Made by a program: the position numbers and the translations under genes. From an uncultured Gemmatimonadales bacterium (GTDB lineage Bacteria; Gemmatimonadota; Gemmatimonadetes; Gemmatimonadales; Gemmatimonadaceae): DNA of 64,000 bases. Where the stretch lies: contig CAWKNZ010000008.1 in the NCBI GenBank assembly GCA_963851265.1, positions 32,001 through 96,000 on the forward strand. Reading direction: 5' to 3'. This document shows positions 30,015 to 40,421 of the stretch, piece by piece. The notes beneath the pieces are model-generated. The model did not search any database and was not told the origin of the DNA. It saw only the letters and a program-made list of their open reading frames with translations. Every line of letters begins with the position of its first letter. Positions within the stretch are counted from its first letter, which is position 1.

Positions 30015-31448
30015 TTAGCACCCCGCCAGATACCGCAGCGCGGTCACGCTCGGCAGAAAACAGTACGCCGCGCCGCGCGTGCGCACGAACCGCGAGAAGC
30101 CCGTCAGCACGACCGGCGCGGCACCCTCGACCGGGATCACGAACCGGCTCGTGGCCGCCGCGTTGTCGCCGAGCACGGGGTCGCGCGTGGCGCCGAGCCC
30201 GGGCGCGAACGCGCCGTCGTTCACCCAGTCGGCCATCACGAATTCGAACTGGTCTTTGAGGCTGACGCCGATGAAGACGCCGAGCAGGCCGCGCTCGACC
30301 CCGTCGTGCGGGCGCGCGGGGTCGTAGGGCGGGCCGTAGGGGAGCCCGCGGCGCATGATCCGGCGCTTGAGCCCGGCGGACCCCGCGACGGCCGAGCTGC
30401 GCGGGTTGGTGCGCCGCATGTGCGAGCCGATCGGGCAGCGGTAGCCCTTGCGGTCGTCGTAGACGTCGGGGCGGGCGGGCGTGGGCGCGTAGTCGAACGC
30501 ATTCATCCGCTCGAGCGGGATCGGCGGGTCGGGCGCGTCGGTGTCAGGCGAGAGGGCGAGCGGCACGCCGTTGCGCCAGCGCCCGCAGACCTTCGCCGCG
30601 ACGAGCTCGGGGTCGACGCCGTGCCGCGCGCCCGCGTCCCGCAGAAACTGCTCGAACGCGTCGCAGTCCTGCTCGAGGATGCGCACCGCGGCGAAGCTGC
30701 CGTTGCACCCGAGCGCGGCCGGCGCGGGCACGGGGTACGTGAGGCCGGCGTACTGACTCGGGTAACCGAGCACGAACTCGCCGACCGGGGCCGGCGGCAG
30801 CAGGTCGGGGATGAGCGGCGGCAGCCCGCCGTCGACCGTGGGCTGCGAGAAGCCGTCGCGGTAGCCGAAGTGGGCGAGGTCGCCCGGGAGCGCGCCCGCG
30901 TCCACCGCGCCGACCTCGACGAGCGCGCCGGCGGCGAAGCCGCCGGGGGCGAACCCGGCGCGGAGCGCGTCGCACACGGCGTCGCGTACGGCCGCGCTCT
31001 GCGCGAACACGAAGAGGAAGACGTGCGCGTCGGCCGGGGCCACCGCGTCCACCCACCCGGCGGGCGCGCTGTCCCCGACGTCTCCGACCCGCTCGGCCCG
31101 CGCCGCGGCGCCCTCGACGAACTCCGTCGGGAACGTCGCGAGCGTGGCCGCCGACACGCCGAGCGCCGTGAGTCCCGCGCTGGTGAGACCGACGTTGACG
31201 CAGGACGGCGGCTTCTCGCTCCAGGGCGCGCCCGTGGCGACGCGCGGCCCCGCGCCGTCCTCGCGCACCAACCCGCCCAGAAACTGCCGTGCCCCAGCCG
31301 CATCGGTCACGCGCAGCACCAGTAGGCGGAGCGCCGGCATCGTGTAGCTCCGCAGCACGAAGCCCTGCACGTCGCCGAGGTCGAGCGCCGCAGTCACCGG
31401 CGCCGGAGGAGGGCTCGCCGCGGCGGGCCCCGTCGCGTCGCCGCCCAC
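30015..31448 (-). CDS. Dyp-type peroxidase (no signal peptide seen)
   Basis: HFGYRDGFSQP (GxxDG), IGSHMRRTNPR (proximal His), IMRRGLPYG (distal Arg), QFEFVMADW. Confidence 0.9.
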   Translation of the reverse strand: MGGDATGPAAASPPPAPVTAALDLGDVQGFVLRSYTMPALRLLVLRVTDAAGARQFLGGLVREDGAGPRVATGAPWSEKPPSCVNVGLTSAGLTALGVSAATLATFPTEFVEGAAARAERVGDVGDSAPAGWVDAVAPADAHVFLFVFAQSAAVRDAVCDALRAGFAPGGFAAGALVEVGAVDAGALPGDLAHFGYRDGFSQPTVDGGLPPLIPDLLPPAPVGEFVLGYPSQYAGLTYPVPAPAALGCNGSFAAVRILEQDCDAFEQFLRDAGARHGVDPELVAAKVCGRWRNGVPLALSPDTDAPDPPIPLERMNAFDYAPTPARPDVYDDRKGYRCPIGSHMRRTNPRSSAVAGSAGLKRRIMRRGLPYGPPYDPARPHDGVERGLLGVFIGVSLKDQFEFVMADWVNDGAFAPGLGATRDPVLGDNAAATSRFVIPVEGAAPVVLTGFSRFVRTRGAAYCFLPSVTALRYLAGC

Positions 31449-31458
31449 GCGCCGCGCC

Positions 31459-31944
31459 TTACGCGGCCAGCGCCGCCTGGATGTCGAGCACCGTCCCGGT
31501 CGGGTACGCGCTGTAGAACGGCTCGAGGCCGCGCAGGTCGTTGGCCTGCACGTAGGCGAGGAACTCCTCGCGGTGCTGCTGCACGGGCAGCGGCGGCGCG
31601 CCGTCGACGTGCGCGAGGAGGGCGTTGAACACGTCGCCGATCTGGTCGACGAAGTCGTTGATGTACGCCTCGAACGACCCGTCGTACGTCGTGATCACCG
31701 CGAGCCGCGTGTCGCGCTCCATGAACACGAAGCGGGCGAAGTGCACCGTGCGCAGCGCGTCGAGGGCGCGGGCGATGGGGTTCATGCCCGGCGGCGCCGA
31801 CTGGATCTGCTGCAGCAGCGCGTGGAGCGCGGCGGCGTCGGCGGGCGACCGGATCGGCATGACGAGCGTCAGCGGACTCTGGACGGCCGCGCGCACGGGG
31901 GGCGGCGCGGGGGACGGCGGGGCGGAGATCGCGGACTCGGACAT
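31459..31944 (-). CDS. DyP-associated hypothetical protein
   Basis: QSPLTLVMPI, VHFARFVF, TTYDGSFEAYINDF; co-oriented 10 nt upstream of DyP. Confidence 0.75.
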   Translation of the reverse strand: MSESAISAPPSPAPPPVRAAVQSPLTLVMPIRSPADAAALHALLQQIQSAPPGMNPIARALDALRTVHFARFVFMERDTRLAVITTYDGSFEAYINDFVDQIGDVFNALLAHVDGAPPLPVQQHREEFLAYVQANDLRGLEPFYSAYPTGTVLDIQAALAA

Positions 31945-32149
31945 GGGTGCTCGGGCGCGGCGGGTGTCACGCGGGCGCGGTCGCGGCCCGCAGGCGCCCC
32001 GCGACTTCGCCACACTATGTCACGAATGCAGGTCGTCAAGCATCGGCGCGCCCGGGGGAGGCCGCCGCGACCGCGCCGCGCGCCGCGGTCGGCGCCGCCC
32101 GGGCAACTGCGGCGCCCGCGGGTCGTCAGACGCCGGCGCCGCCGCCCGC

Positions 32150-33433
32150 TCACTTCACCAGCACGAGCCGCTGCGAGAGAGACAACGAATCGCCCAGCAC
32201 GACGTCGGGGGTGATGTCGACGAACACCGGACCGTCCAGCAGCACGACCATCGTACCCGCCGGGTAGCCCGACGTCACCGCGGGCCCGCCCGGCGTCGCG
32301 GACGGCATCTGCCACGTCTGCATGTGACCCGCGCCGTCGGTGACCAGTGCCGGCGCGCAGACGTCGCTGACGCTCTGGAAGTAGCACATGACGCGCATCT
32401 GGGTCACCATCCGGACGCGCTGCGAGAACACCCCGCTCGGGTTCGGGATCGAGTCCGAGAGCGCCATGCGGGTCACCACCCCCACCGAGCCGTCGGCGTT
32501 GCGGCAGGTCGCGTCGGGCGCGTTGCCGGTGCGGTTGCAGAGCTGCACGAACCCGGGCCTCGCGTACGCGAGGAGGTTGGTCGTGTCGCTCATCTGCCAG
32601 ACGAACGGGTGCAGGTAGTCCCCCACGCTGGTCGAGGCTCCCGCGCAGGTCGTGCTCCCCACGGCGGCTCCGATGTACGACGCGTACGCGGAGTAGCCGG
32701 CGTTCCCGAAGTTGACGGTGTGCCACGAACCGGTGTTGGGCTGGCCGGCCGAGTCCCAGTGCGCCTCACGCTGCCACGGCGGCACGAGCACGAACGTGCG
32801 GTACGACGTCGGAATCCCGCGCGCCGGCGAGAGCGAGGCGATGAGCGCCTGCGTCACGCCCGGCGCATACTGGTTGTGCGAACTGTACGGCCGACTGGTC
32901 AGCCCGTTCGCGTCCTCGTAAATCCGCGTGTAAGGCGGGGCGAGGGGCCGCACGCAGGCCGCGCCGTTCACGTTCGCGATCCACGCCACCGAGGACCGCG
33001 TGACCTGGGGCGGCACCAGTCCGAGGCCGCCCGCGATCACGTACCGCGCGGTCGCCCGCGCCGTCGTTTTCACGGCGTTCACGGTGCCCGAGTACGTCGT
33101 CGCCGTGGTGGTGTTCGCCGACGGGTCGTAGAAGCTCGGGACGACGTCGGCGCTCACGACGCTGCCCGCCTGACCCGCGGCGCGGTTGGGCGTTGCGAGT
33201 TGCTGCGCCCGCGCCGGCCCGGACGTCGCCGCGCCCGACGGATTGAGCTGCGAGACCGACGCCGCGGCGAGCGCGGCCGCGTCCGCCGCGGCCTGCGTCT
33301 CCGACGCCGTGACGTACACGCGCCCCATGTCGACGGCGAGCGCGAGCCCGCCGAGCAGCGCGGTCAGCATGATGCAGATGAAGGGCAGCACGGCGCCGCG
33401 TCGGGCGCCGGGTGGCCGGATGAGCGTGGGCAC
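32150..33433 (-). CDS. TadG-like (Tad domain) pilus assembly protein
   Basis: RRGAVLPFICIML...LAVDMGRVY..ASETQAAADAAALAAA is the Tad N-terminal signature. Start could instead be 33487. Confidence 0.8.
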   Translation of the reverse strand: MPTLIRPPGARRGAVLPFICIMLTALLGGLALAVDMGRVYVTASETQAAADAAALAAASVSQLNPSGAATSGPARAQQLATPNRAAGQAGSVVSADVVPSFYDPSANTTTATTYSGTVNAVKTTARATARYVIAGGLGLVPPQVTRSSVAWIANVNGAACVRPLAPPYTRIYEDANGLTSRPYSSHNQYAPGVTQALIASLSPARGIPTSYRTFVLVPPWQREAHWDSAGQPNTGSWHTVNFGNAGYSAYASYIGAAVGSTTCAGASTSVGDYLHPFVWQMSDTTNLLAYARPGFVQLCNRTGNAPDATCRNADGSVGVVTRMALSDSIPNPSGVFSQRVRMVTQMRVMCYFQSVSDVCAPALVTDGAGHMQTWQMPSATPGGPAVTSGYPAGTMVVLLDGPVFVDITPDVVLGDSLSLSQRLVLVK

Positions 33434-33616
33434 GGGAACGATTCGTGGGTCAGCAACCGTCGATGGACGCGGGGCGGCGTCGGGCATGGCCGGCGGCAAC
33501 CCCCGATGACGAGGAGGCCGACGGTCCGGGCACAAGTTCGGTGGCAAACGGATCGCATATCGGAGACGGCCGCGGCCCGTGTAGCTTGTCGTCTCCGCAC
33601 CCCGGTCCTCCGCTCG

Positions 33617-34945
33617 ATGCGCACCGCACACCGCCGTCTACCGCCCCACGCCCTCCTCGCCGCCGCGTTAGGCGTCGCCGCGCCCGCGGCCCGCGCGCAG
33701 CCGCCCGCCCCGCCGACGGCCGTTCGTTTCGGGCGGCTGGTCGACGGCACGGGGGCCGTGATCCGCGACGCCGTCGTGGTCGTCGAGGGCGATCAGGTGC
33801 GGCGCGTCGGCACGGGCGATGCCGCGGTGCCCGCCGGGGCCCGCGTCGTCGACCTGCGCCGCTTCACCGGCATCCCGGGCCTGATCGACGCGCACACGCA
33901 CATGACGTTCTACTGGGACCGCAGCCCCGGCACGCGGCCCTGGGCGCAACTCGGCACGCTCGGCGCTGCGGTCACCGTGTTCCTCGCCCAAGAGAACGCG
34001 CGCAAGACGCTCGCGACCGGCGTGACGACGGTGCGCGACCTCGGCTCGTGGGAGTACACGGATCTGGCGATGCGCGACCTCATCGCGCGCGGCGCGATGG
34101 TCGGGCCTCGCATGTTCGTCGCGGGCTACGGCCTGCAGATCACGAGCACGCCCTACCGGCCCGGCGGCGCGCCGCCCGCGCCCGGCCAGGCCGACGGCGT
34201 CGCGGAGGTCGAGCGCGTGGCGCGCCAGCAACTCGCCGCCGGCGCCGACTGGGTGAAGATGTACGCGTCGACCGGGAGCGACCAGGACGTCACCGGGTTC
34301 CAGACGTTCGGCTACGACGAGATCAAGGCCGCGGCCGACGTCGCGCACCGCGCGGGCAAGCGCATCGCGGTGCACTCCTACGGCCCCGACGGCGCGCGCG
34401 ACGCGGTGCGCGCCGGCGTGGAGTCGGTCGAGCACGCCACCGACATGGACGACGAGACCCTGCGCGAGATGGCGCGGCGCGGCACGGTCTACGTGCCCAC
34501 CGTCGAGCACAACCGCTACTACATCGCGCACCGCGCCGAGTACGGCTACGACCAGGCCGCGGCCGACCGGCTGGAGGGATACGTGCAGCGCAACTTCGCC
34601 ACGCTCCGGCGCGCCGTGCAGGCGCGCGTACCGATCGCGATGGGCTCCGACGCCGTGTTCACCGGCTTCGGCGAGAACACGCGCGAGCTCGCGTGGTTCG
34701 TGAAGGCGGGCATGACGCCGGCGCAGGCGCTCGCGGCCGCGACCACCACCGGCGCCGCGCTGCTCGGCATGCGCGGTCGATTGGGCGTGGTCGCCCCGGG
34801 CGCGTACGCGGACCTCGTCGCCGTCGACGGCGACCCGCTCGCGAACGTCGATGCCGTGATCCGCGGCGTGCGCTGGGTGATGAAGGGCGGGGAGGTGGTG
34901 GTCGATTCGACGCGTGCCGATGCGCCGCGCGGAACGGGGCGCTGA
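33617..34945 (+). CDS. metal-dependent amidohydrolase (Xaa-Pro dipeptidase-like), secreted
   Basis: PGLIDAHTH, GVTTVRDLG, GADWVK, AVHSYG, SVEHA, MGSDA, GAYADLVAVDGDP. Confidence 0.9.
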   Translation: MRTAHRRLPPHALLAAALGVAAPAARAQPPAPPTAVRFGRLVDGTGAVIRDAVVVVEGDQVRRVGTGDAAVPAGARVVDLRRFTGIPGLIDAHTHMTFYWDRSPGTRPWAQLGTLGAAVTVFLAQENARKTLATGVTTVRDLGSWEYTDLAMRDLIARGAMVGPRMFVAGYGLQITSTPYRPGGAPPAPGQADGVAEVERVARQQLAAGADWVKMYASTGSDQDVTGFQTFGYDEIKAAADVAHRAGKRIAVHSYGPDGARDAVRAGVESVEHATDMDDETLREMARRGTVYVPTVEHNRYYIAHRAEYGYDQAAADRLEGYVQRNFATLRRAVQARVPIAMGSDAVFTGFGENTRELAWFVKAGMTPAQALAAATTTGAALLGMRGRLGVVAPGAYADLVAVDGDPLANVDAVIRGVRWVMKGGEVVVDSTRADAPRGTGR

Positions 34946-34947
34946 CG

Positions 34948-36276
34948 GTGCGCCGCCGCGATTTCACCCGCCACCTCGCCTGGGCCGGCGGCGCGCTCGC
35001 GGCCGGGCGCGGACGCTTGCCTGACGTCGCGCCCGTCGCCGCCCCGGGCGCGCCCGCGCTCCGCGTCGACGCCGCGCGACTCGGCGGCTGGCTCACCGCA
35101 CTCGGCGCGTTCGGGCGCAACCCGCAGGGCGGGGTAACGCGCACGGCCTACAGTGACGCCGACCGCGACGGGCGCCAGTACGTGCGCGGGCTGATGACCG
35201 CCGCGGGCCTCGACGTCCGCGTCGACGCGGCGGGCAACATCATCGGCCGGCGCGCGGGGCGCGAGCAGGCGCGCCCGCCCATCCTCTTCGGCTCGCACGT
35301 CGACTCGGTGCCCGCGGGCGGCAACTACGACGGCCCGCTCGGCTCGCTCGGGGCGATCGAGGTCGCGCAGACGTTGCGCGACCACGGGGTCGTGACGCGG
35401 CACCCGCTCGAGGTCGTCGTCTGGCAGAACGAGGAGGGCGGTCTCGTGGGGAGCCGCATCGCGAGCGGCGAGTTCCCCGCGCGCGAGCTCGACCGCGTGG
35501 CCGTCAGCGGCAAGACGCTGCGCGACGGCATCACCTTTCTCGGCGGCACCCCCGACGCGCTCGACGGCGCGCGCCGCCGTCCCGGCGACGTCGCGGCGTA
35601 CCTGGAGCTGCACATCGAGCAGGGCGACACGCTGGAGCGCGAGCACGTGGACATCGGCGTGGTCGAGGGGATCGTCGGGATCTGGCAGTGGACCGTCACC
35701 GTGGACGGCTTCGCCAACCACGCGGGCACGACGCCGATGGACCGCCGGCACGACGCGCTGCTGAGCGCGGCGCGCTTCATCGAGATGGTCAACCGGGTGG
35801 TGCGGAGCGAGCCGGGGCGGCAGGTCGGCACGGTGGGGCAGATTCGCGCCGAGCCGGGCGCGCCCAACGTGATCCCCGGGCGCGCGGTGATGAGCCTGGA
35901 GCTACGCGACCTCGACGCGCCCAAGGTGGCCCGGCTGTACGCGCGCATCGCGGCCGAGGCGGAGGCGATCGGGCGCGCGGACGGCACCACGATCGGGTTC
36001 GCGCCGATCACCGAGCACGCACCCGCGCCGACCGACCCGCGCGTGCGCGCGGTCATCGCCGGCGCGGCGCGCGGACTCGGCCTGACGAGCCGCGTGCTCC
36101 CGAGCGGGGCGGGACACGACGCGCAGGAGATGGCGCGGCTGGCCCCGACGGGGATGATCTTCGTGCCGAGCGTGGGCGGGATCAGCCACTCGCCGCGCGA
36201 GTTCACGCGCCCGCAAGATTGCGCGAACGGCGCGAACGTGCTGCTGCAGTCGGTGCTCGCGGTCGACGCGTGGTGA
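34948..36276 (+). CDS. M20 family Zn-dependent hydrolase (N-carbamoyl-amino acid/allantoate amidohydrolase-like), Tat-like leader
   Basis: GSHVDSV, YDGPLG, NEEG, ELHIEQG, NHAGTTPM, SGAGHDAQ, GISHSP; N-terminal RRRDF. Confidence 0.9.
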   Translation: MRRRDFTRHLAWAGGALAAGRGRLPDVAPVAAPGAPALRVDAARLGGWLTALGAFGRNPQGGVTRTAYSDADRDGRQYVRGLMTAAGLDVRVDAAGNIIGRRAGREQARPPILFGSHVDSVPAGGNYDGPLGSLGAIEVAQTLRDHGVVTRHPLEVVVWQNEEGGLVGSRIASGEFPARELDRVAVSGKTLRDGITFLGGTPDALDGARRRPGDVAAYLELHIEQGDTLEREHVDIGVVEGIVGIWQWTVTVDGFANHAGTTPMDRRHDALLSAARFIEMVNRVVRSEPGRQVGTVGQIRAEPGAPNVIPGRAVMSLELRDLDAPKVARLYARIAAEAEAIGRADGTTIGFAPITEHAPAPTDPRVRAVIAGAARGLGLTSRVLPSGAGHDAQEMARLAPTGMIFVPSVGGISHSPREFTRPQDCANGANVLLQSVLAVDAW

Positions 36277-36695
36277 GCGTCGTGCGCGAGACGCGGGCGA
36301 TGCTCGCGGCGATGTGCCCGGCGCTCCGCGCCGGGGAGTACGTGTTCTGCTCGGTGCCGGCCGACGGCGCCGACGCCTGTCGCGGCCTCGAACCGCTGGG
36401 CTGGTTTCGCGAGGCCGAGGGCGTGTCGCTCATCCTCGAGCGCGCGGCCGCGGAGCGGGCGGGCGTCGGCGCCGGCGTGCCGCTGCGGTGCATCACGCTC
36501 GCCGTCCACTCCGCGCTGGACGGCGTGGGCCTAACGGCGGCCGTGGCCACCGCGCTCGCCGGGCGCGGGATCGCCGCGAACGTGGTGGCCGCGTTCCATC
36601 ACGACCACGTGTTCGTGCCGGCGCACGCGGCCGACGACGCCCTGGCGGTGCTGCGCGGAGTGCAGGCCGCCGCGGAGGCCGCCCCCGGCCCCTAG
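36273..36695 (+). CDS. ACT domain-containing protein
   Basis: FREAEGVSLI, ITLAVHSALDGVGLTAAV, NVVAAFHHDHVFVP. Confidence 0.85.
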   Translation: MSVVRETRAMLAAMCPALRAGEYVFCSVPADGADACRGLEPLGWFREAEGVSLILERAAAERAGVGAGVPLRCITLAVHSALDGVGLTAAVATALAGRGIAANVVAAFHHDHVFVPAHAADDALAVLRGVQAAAEAAPGP

Positions 36696-36746
36696 AATAC
36701 GCACGGCCCCGCGTCCGGCGTGGGGCTCCCTCACCCTCCGCGTGCC

Positions 36747-38855
36747 GTGAACCTCCGCCTGTCCCCTACGCTCCGGCGCGCCGCGCGCGCGCTGGCCGCC
36801 GTTCTCGCCGCCGGCGCGACCGCGCCTGCCCGGGCGCCCGCGCAACCCGCGCCCGCGCGGTCCGCCCCCGCGTCGGTCGTGCCGATCCCGCTCAAGGTCG
36901 TCGATGTCAGCTTCATCGACCGCAACGCGCGGGCGTGCACGGACTTCTTCCAGTACGCCAACGGCGCGTGGCTCGCCCGGGACACGATCCCGGCGGCGTA
37001 CTCGTTCTCGGGCGTGGCGCGCGACATGACCGACCGGAACGAGCTCGTCGTGCGCGCCGTGCTCGACGACGTCGCGGTGCAGCGCGCGACGCTCCCCGCG
37101 GGGAGCACGCAGCGCAAGCTTGCCACGTACTACGGCACGTGCATGGACTCGAGCGCGGCGGAGGCGGCCGGGCTCGCGCCCGTGCGGCCGATGCTGCAAA
37201 CGATCGACGCGCTGACGTCGCGCGCCGCGCTCGCGCGCACGGTGGCCGACCTGCAGGGTCAGGGCGTCGACGTCGCGTTCCGCTACGGCCCCGAAGGGGG
37301 GCGGCACGATCCCGCGCACTACGTCGCGACGCTCGTGCAGGGCGGGCTCGGGCTGCCGGACCGCGACTACTACTTCGAGCCCGGGCCGGCCGGCGACTCG
37401 ACGCGCCGCGCCTTCGTGGACCACGCGGCGCGGCTGTTCGTGCTCGCGGGCGCGCGGGACGCGGACGCGCGGGCGGCGGCCGCCCGCGTGCTCGCCTTCG
37501 AGACGTCGCTGGCCGCGGCGTCGCTCACGCGCGTGGCGCAGCGCGATCCGTCCGCGACCGACCACTTGATGCGGCTCGCCGAGCTGCGCGCGGTGGCGCC
37601 GCACGTCGACTGGCCCGGCTACCTGCAGGCGCGCGGCACCACCGTGCCCGTCGCCCAGGTGAACGTCGAAATGCCGGCGTTCGTCGCGCGCGTGGACAGC
37701 CTGCTGGCGGCCGCGCCGCTCGACGACTGGCGCGCGTACCTGCGCTACCACGTGCTCGCGGAGGCGGCGCCCTGGCTCAGCACGCCGTTCGTGCAGGAGC
37801 GCTTCGCGTTCACGTCGCGCTTCACCGGCGCCACCGCCATGCTGCCGCGCTGGAAGCGGTGCCTCCGTGCGGCCGACGAGCAGTTGGGCGAGGCGCTCGG
37901 CGCGGCCTACGTCGCGCGCACGTTCTCGCCGGAGGCCCGGGCGCGCGCGAAGGCGGTGATCGACGACATCCGCGCCGCCTTCGGCGAACGCCTGCGGCAC
38001 CTGGCGTGGATGTCGGACGCGACGCGCGCGCAGGCGCTCGCGAAGCTCGCGCGCATGCGCGAGAAGGTGGGCTACCCGGAGCGGTGGCGCGACTACACGG
38101 CGCTCGACGTGCGCGACGACGCGTTCGTGCTCAACGTGCTGCGCGCGAGCGCGTTCGACTGGCGGCGCGTGGCCAACCGCCCCGGCGCCGCGGTCGACAC
38201 GGCCGAGTGGGGGATGACGGTGCCGACCGTGAACGCCTACTACAACCCGTCGCTCAACGAGATGGTGTTTCCCGCGGGCGCGCTCGCGCCGCAGACGTTC
38301 GACCCCGCGGCCGACGACGGCGCCAACTACGGCGCGCTCGGCGGCAGTTGGGCGGGGCACGAGCTGACGCACGGCTTCGACGACGAGGGCCGGCACTTCG
38401 ACGCGACCGGCGCGCAGCGCGATTGGTGGACGCCCGCCGACTCGGTCCACTTCACCGAGCAGGCCGACCGCGTGGCGCGGCAGTTCTCGTCGTACGTGCA
38501 GGTCGACACGTTCCACGTGAACGGGCGCCTCACGCTGGGCGAGAACATCGCCGACTACGGCGGGGTGCTCACCGCGTACGACGCGCTGCAGCGGGCCCTC
38601 GCGCGGGACGGCCGGCCGGGCCCGATCGACGGTTACACGCCCGAACAGCGCTTCTTCCTCGCGTATGCGCAGTCGTGGCGCGGGCACACGCGCGCCGCCG
38701 CGCTCCGGACGCGCGTGACCACCGACCCGCACGCGCCCGACCGGTGGCGCACCAACGGTCCGCTCTCCAACAGTGCGGCGTTCGCGCGGGCGTTCGGCTG
38801 CGAGCCGGGCGACCCGATGGTGCGGCCGGCCGCCGACGTTCCGCACATCTGGTGA
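36747..38855 (+). CDS. M13 (neprilysin-like) metallopeptidase
   Basis: ACTDFFQYANG, VNAYY, GHELTHGFDD, GENIAD, DPHAP. Confidence 0.95.
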   Translation: MNLRLSPTLRRAARALAAVLAAGATAPARAPAQPAPARSAPASVVPIPLKVVDVSFIDRNARACTDFFQYANGAWLARDTIPAAYSFSGVARDMTDRNELVVRAVLDDVAVQRATLPAGSTQRKLATYYGTCMDSSAAEAAGLAPVRPMLQTIDALTSRAALARTVADLQGQGVDVAFRYGPEGGRHDPAHYVATLVQGGLGLPDRDYYFEPGPAGDSTRRAFVDHAARLFVLAGARDADARAAAARVLAFETSLAAASLTRVAQRDPSATDHLMRLAELRAVAPHVDWPGYLQARGTTVPVAQVNVEMPAFVARVDSLLAAAPLDDWRAYLRYHVLAEAAPWLSTPFVQERFAFTSRFTGATAMLPRWKRCLRAADEQLGEALGAAYVARTFSPEARARAKAVIDDIRAAFGERLRHLAWMSDATRAQALAKLARMREKVGYPERWRDYTALDVRDDAFVLNVLRASAFDWRRVANRPGAAVDTAEWGMTVPTVNAYYNPSLNEMVFPAGALAPQTFDPAADDGANYGALGGSWAGHELTHGFDDEGRHFDATGAQRDWWTPADSVHFTEQADRVARQFSSYVQVDTFHVNGRLTLGENIADYGGVLTAYDALQRALARDGRPGPIDGYTPEQRFFLAYAQSWRGHTRAAALRTRVTTDPHAPDRWRTNGPLSNSAAFARAFGCEPGDPMVRPAADVPHIW

Positions 38856-39042
38856 CAGTTCGAGGTGGCACCTGACCACGCACGAGCTCGTGACGGCGGC
38901 GGCACATGTCATAGGCGGTAATACTGCACCAGAAAGCGTTGCTCGGATCGCTTCGGACGCACATCGTGGCGCACCGGACGATACCGGCCGACCTTCACCC
39001 AGCCGGGGTGGGCGGCGGTGTCGGCGGGGAACTCCGAGGACG

Positions 39043-39495
39043 ATGGCGATGCCCGATCGTGCCGCGGCAGTACCGGTCTTCGATCATCTGGAACGCTGGC
39101 CGACCTCGGCGCCCAGCGGTGAATCGGTCGACAGCCGACGGGTGAGCGATCACCCGGTCACCCGTCGGCCGGTGTCCGACCGACCCGCGCCGCCTCGCGT
39201 GATCCGTGAGCACGGCGCCGCCTCGCGCGTCGCGCCCGACGCCGGAATCGCGACGGGGGCGCACGCGTGGGCGACGGGAGTCGACGTCGCGGAGGCGCAG
39301 TGCCTCGCCACACGGCTCGCGCCGGAGGTCCACCGGCTCGAGCAGGCGGTGCGCGCGGCGTGCCCTGCGCTCGGGGCCGAGGCCGTACGCGACCACGCAC
39401 TCAGGCTCGCGCTCGGCGAGATCGGCGTCGAGCTGTCGCGCGACACGTTCACGGTCCTGCGGTTCAACGTCGACCGCGCGCGGCCCGTGGTCTGA
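39043..39495 (+). CDS. hypothetical protein
   Basis: GAGGA just upstream of ATG 39043; helical C-terminal half; no recognisable motif. Confidence 0.35.
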   Translation: MAMPDRAAAVPVFDHLERWPTSAPSGESVDSRRVSDHPVTRRPVSDRPAPPRVIREHGAASRVAPDAGIATGAHAWATGVDVAEAQCLATRLAPEVHRLEQAVRAACPALGAEAVRDHALRLALGEIGVELSRDTFTVLRFNVDRARPVV

Positions 39496-39640
39496 CGCGG
39501 GCCTCGGGCCGCGGCGGCGTGGCCCGTCGGGAACGTGGTCTGCAACGAGCGCCGGCGGCGGCCGCGTTGGGCGGACCGCGCGCTCCCGAGCCGTTCCCCG
39601 CGGCGTGGTCGGGCGAACTCTGCGGGGTGGCGACACGAGC

Positions 39641-40381
39641 ATGGAGCTGCGCGGCAACGTGGTGCTGGTCACGGGCGGCGGGTCGGGGATCGGACTCGCG
39701 CTCGCGCGGCGATTCCTCGACGCGGGGAGTGAGGTGATCGTCTGCGGTCGCCGGGACGCGCAGCTCCGGGCCGCGGCGGCGGCACATCCAGGGCTTGAGA
39801 CTCGCGTGTGCGACGTCGCGCGCGCCGACGAGCGCGCGGCGCTCGCGGCGTGGCTGGTCGAGGCGCACCCCGGATTCAACGTGCTCGTGAACAACGCGGG
39901 CATCCAGCGCCGCGTGCGGCTGCTCGAACCCGAGGACTGGGACGCGACGCGGTCCGAGATCGCGATCAACCTCGAGGCGCCCATCGACCTCACGCTGCGG
40001 CTGCTCCCGCATCTCCGGACGCGCGACAACGCGGCCGTCGTGAACGTGACGTCGGGCCTCGCGTTCTCGCCGCTCGCGACGGTGCCGGTCTACTGCGCGA
40101 CGAAGGCGGCGCTGCGCTCGTTTACGCTCTCGCTCCGCCACCAGCTCGCCGATACCGCGGTGCGGGTGGTCGAGGTGATTCCGCCCGCCGTCGATACGGA
40201 CCTCGGCGGGCCGGGGCTGCACACGTTCGGCGCGCCGCTCGACCCGTTCGCCGACGCGGTGATGGCCCGGATGGGAGCGGGGGAGCTGGAAGTCGCCTAC
40301 GGCACGGCCGACGATCGCGCCCGGGCCGCACGGGCCGCGTTCGGGGAGACGTTCGTGCGCACGAACGGCGGCACGCCCTAG
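39641..40381 (+). CDS. SDR family oxidoreductase (DltE-like)
   Basis: TGGGSGIG, NNAG, YCATK. Confidence 0.92.
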   Translation: MELRGNVVLVTGGGSGIGLALARRFLDAGSEVIVCGRRDAQLRAAAAAHPGLETRVCDVARADERAALAAWLVEAHPGFNVLVNNAGIQRRVRLLEPEDWDATRSEIAINLEAPIDLTLRLLPHLRTRDNAAVVNVTSGLAFSPLATVPVYCATKAALRSFTLSLRHQLADTAVRVVEVIPPAVDTDLGGPGLHTFGAPLDPFADAVMARMGAGELEVAYGTADDRARAARAAFGETFVRTNGGTP

Positions 40382-40421
40382 CGTTGGGCGCGGCCGTCCG
40401 CCGCGGCGGACGGTGTGTGCG

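Noticed and set aside
31625..33616. 1106-aa ORF read as a fusion protein
   Set aside because: Only the part from 33617 is the amidohydrolase; the upstream portion is antisense to the TadG-like and DyP-partner genes.
38856..39042. AT-richer intergenic patch after the M13 peptidase
   Set aside because: Probably a promoter region, but there is no clear -35/-10 pair, repeat or RNA motif I can support.
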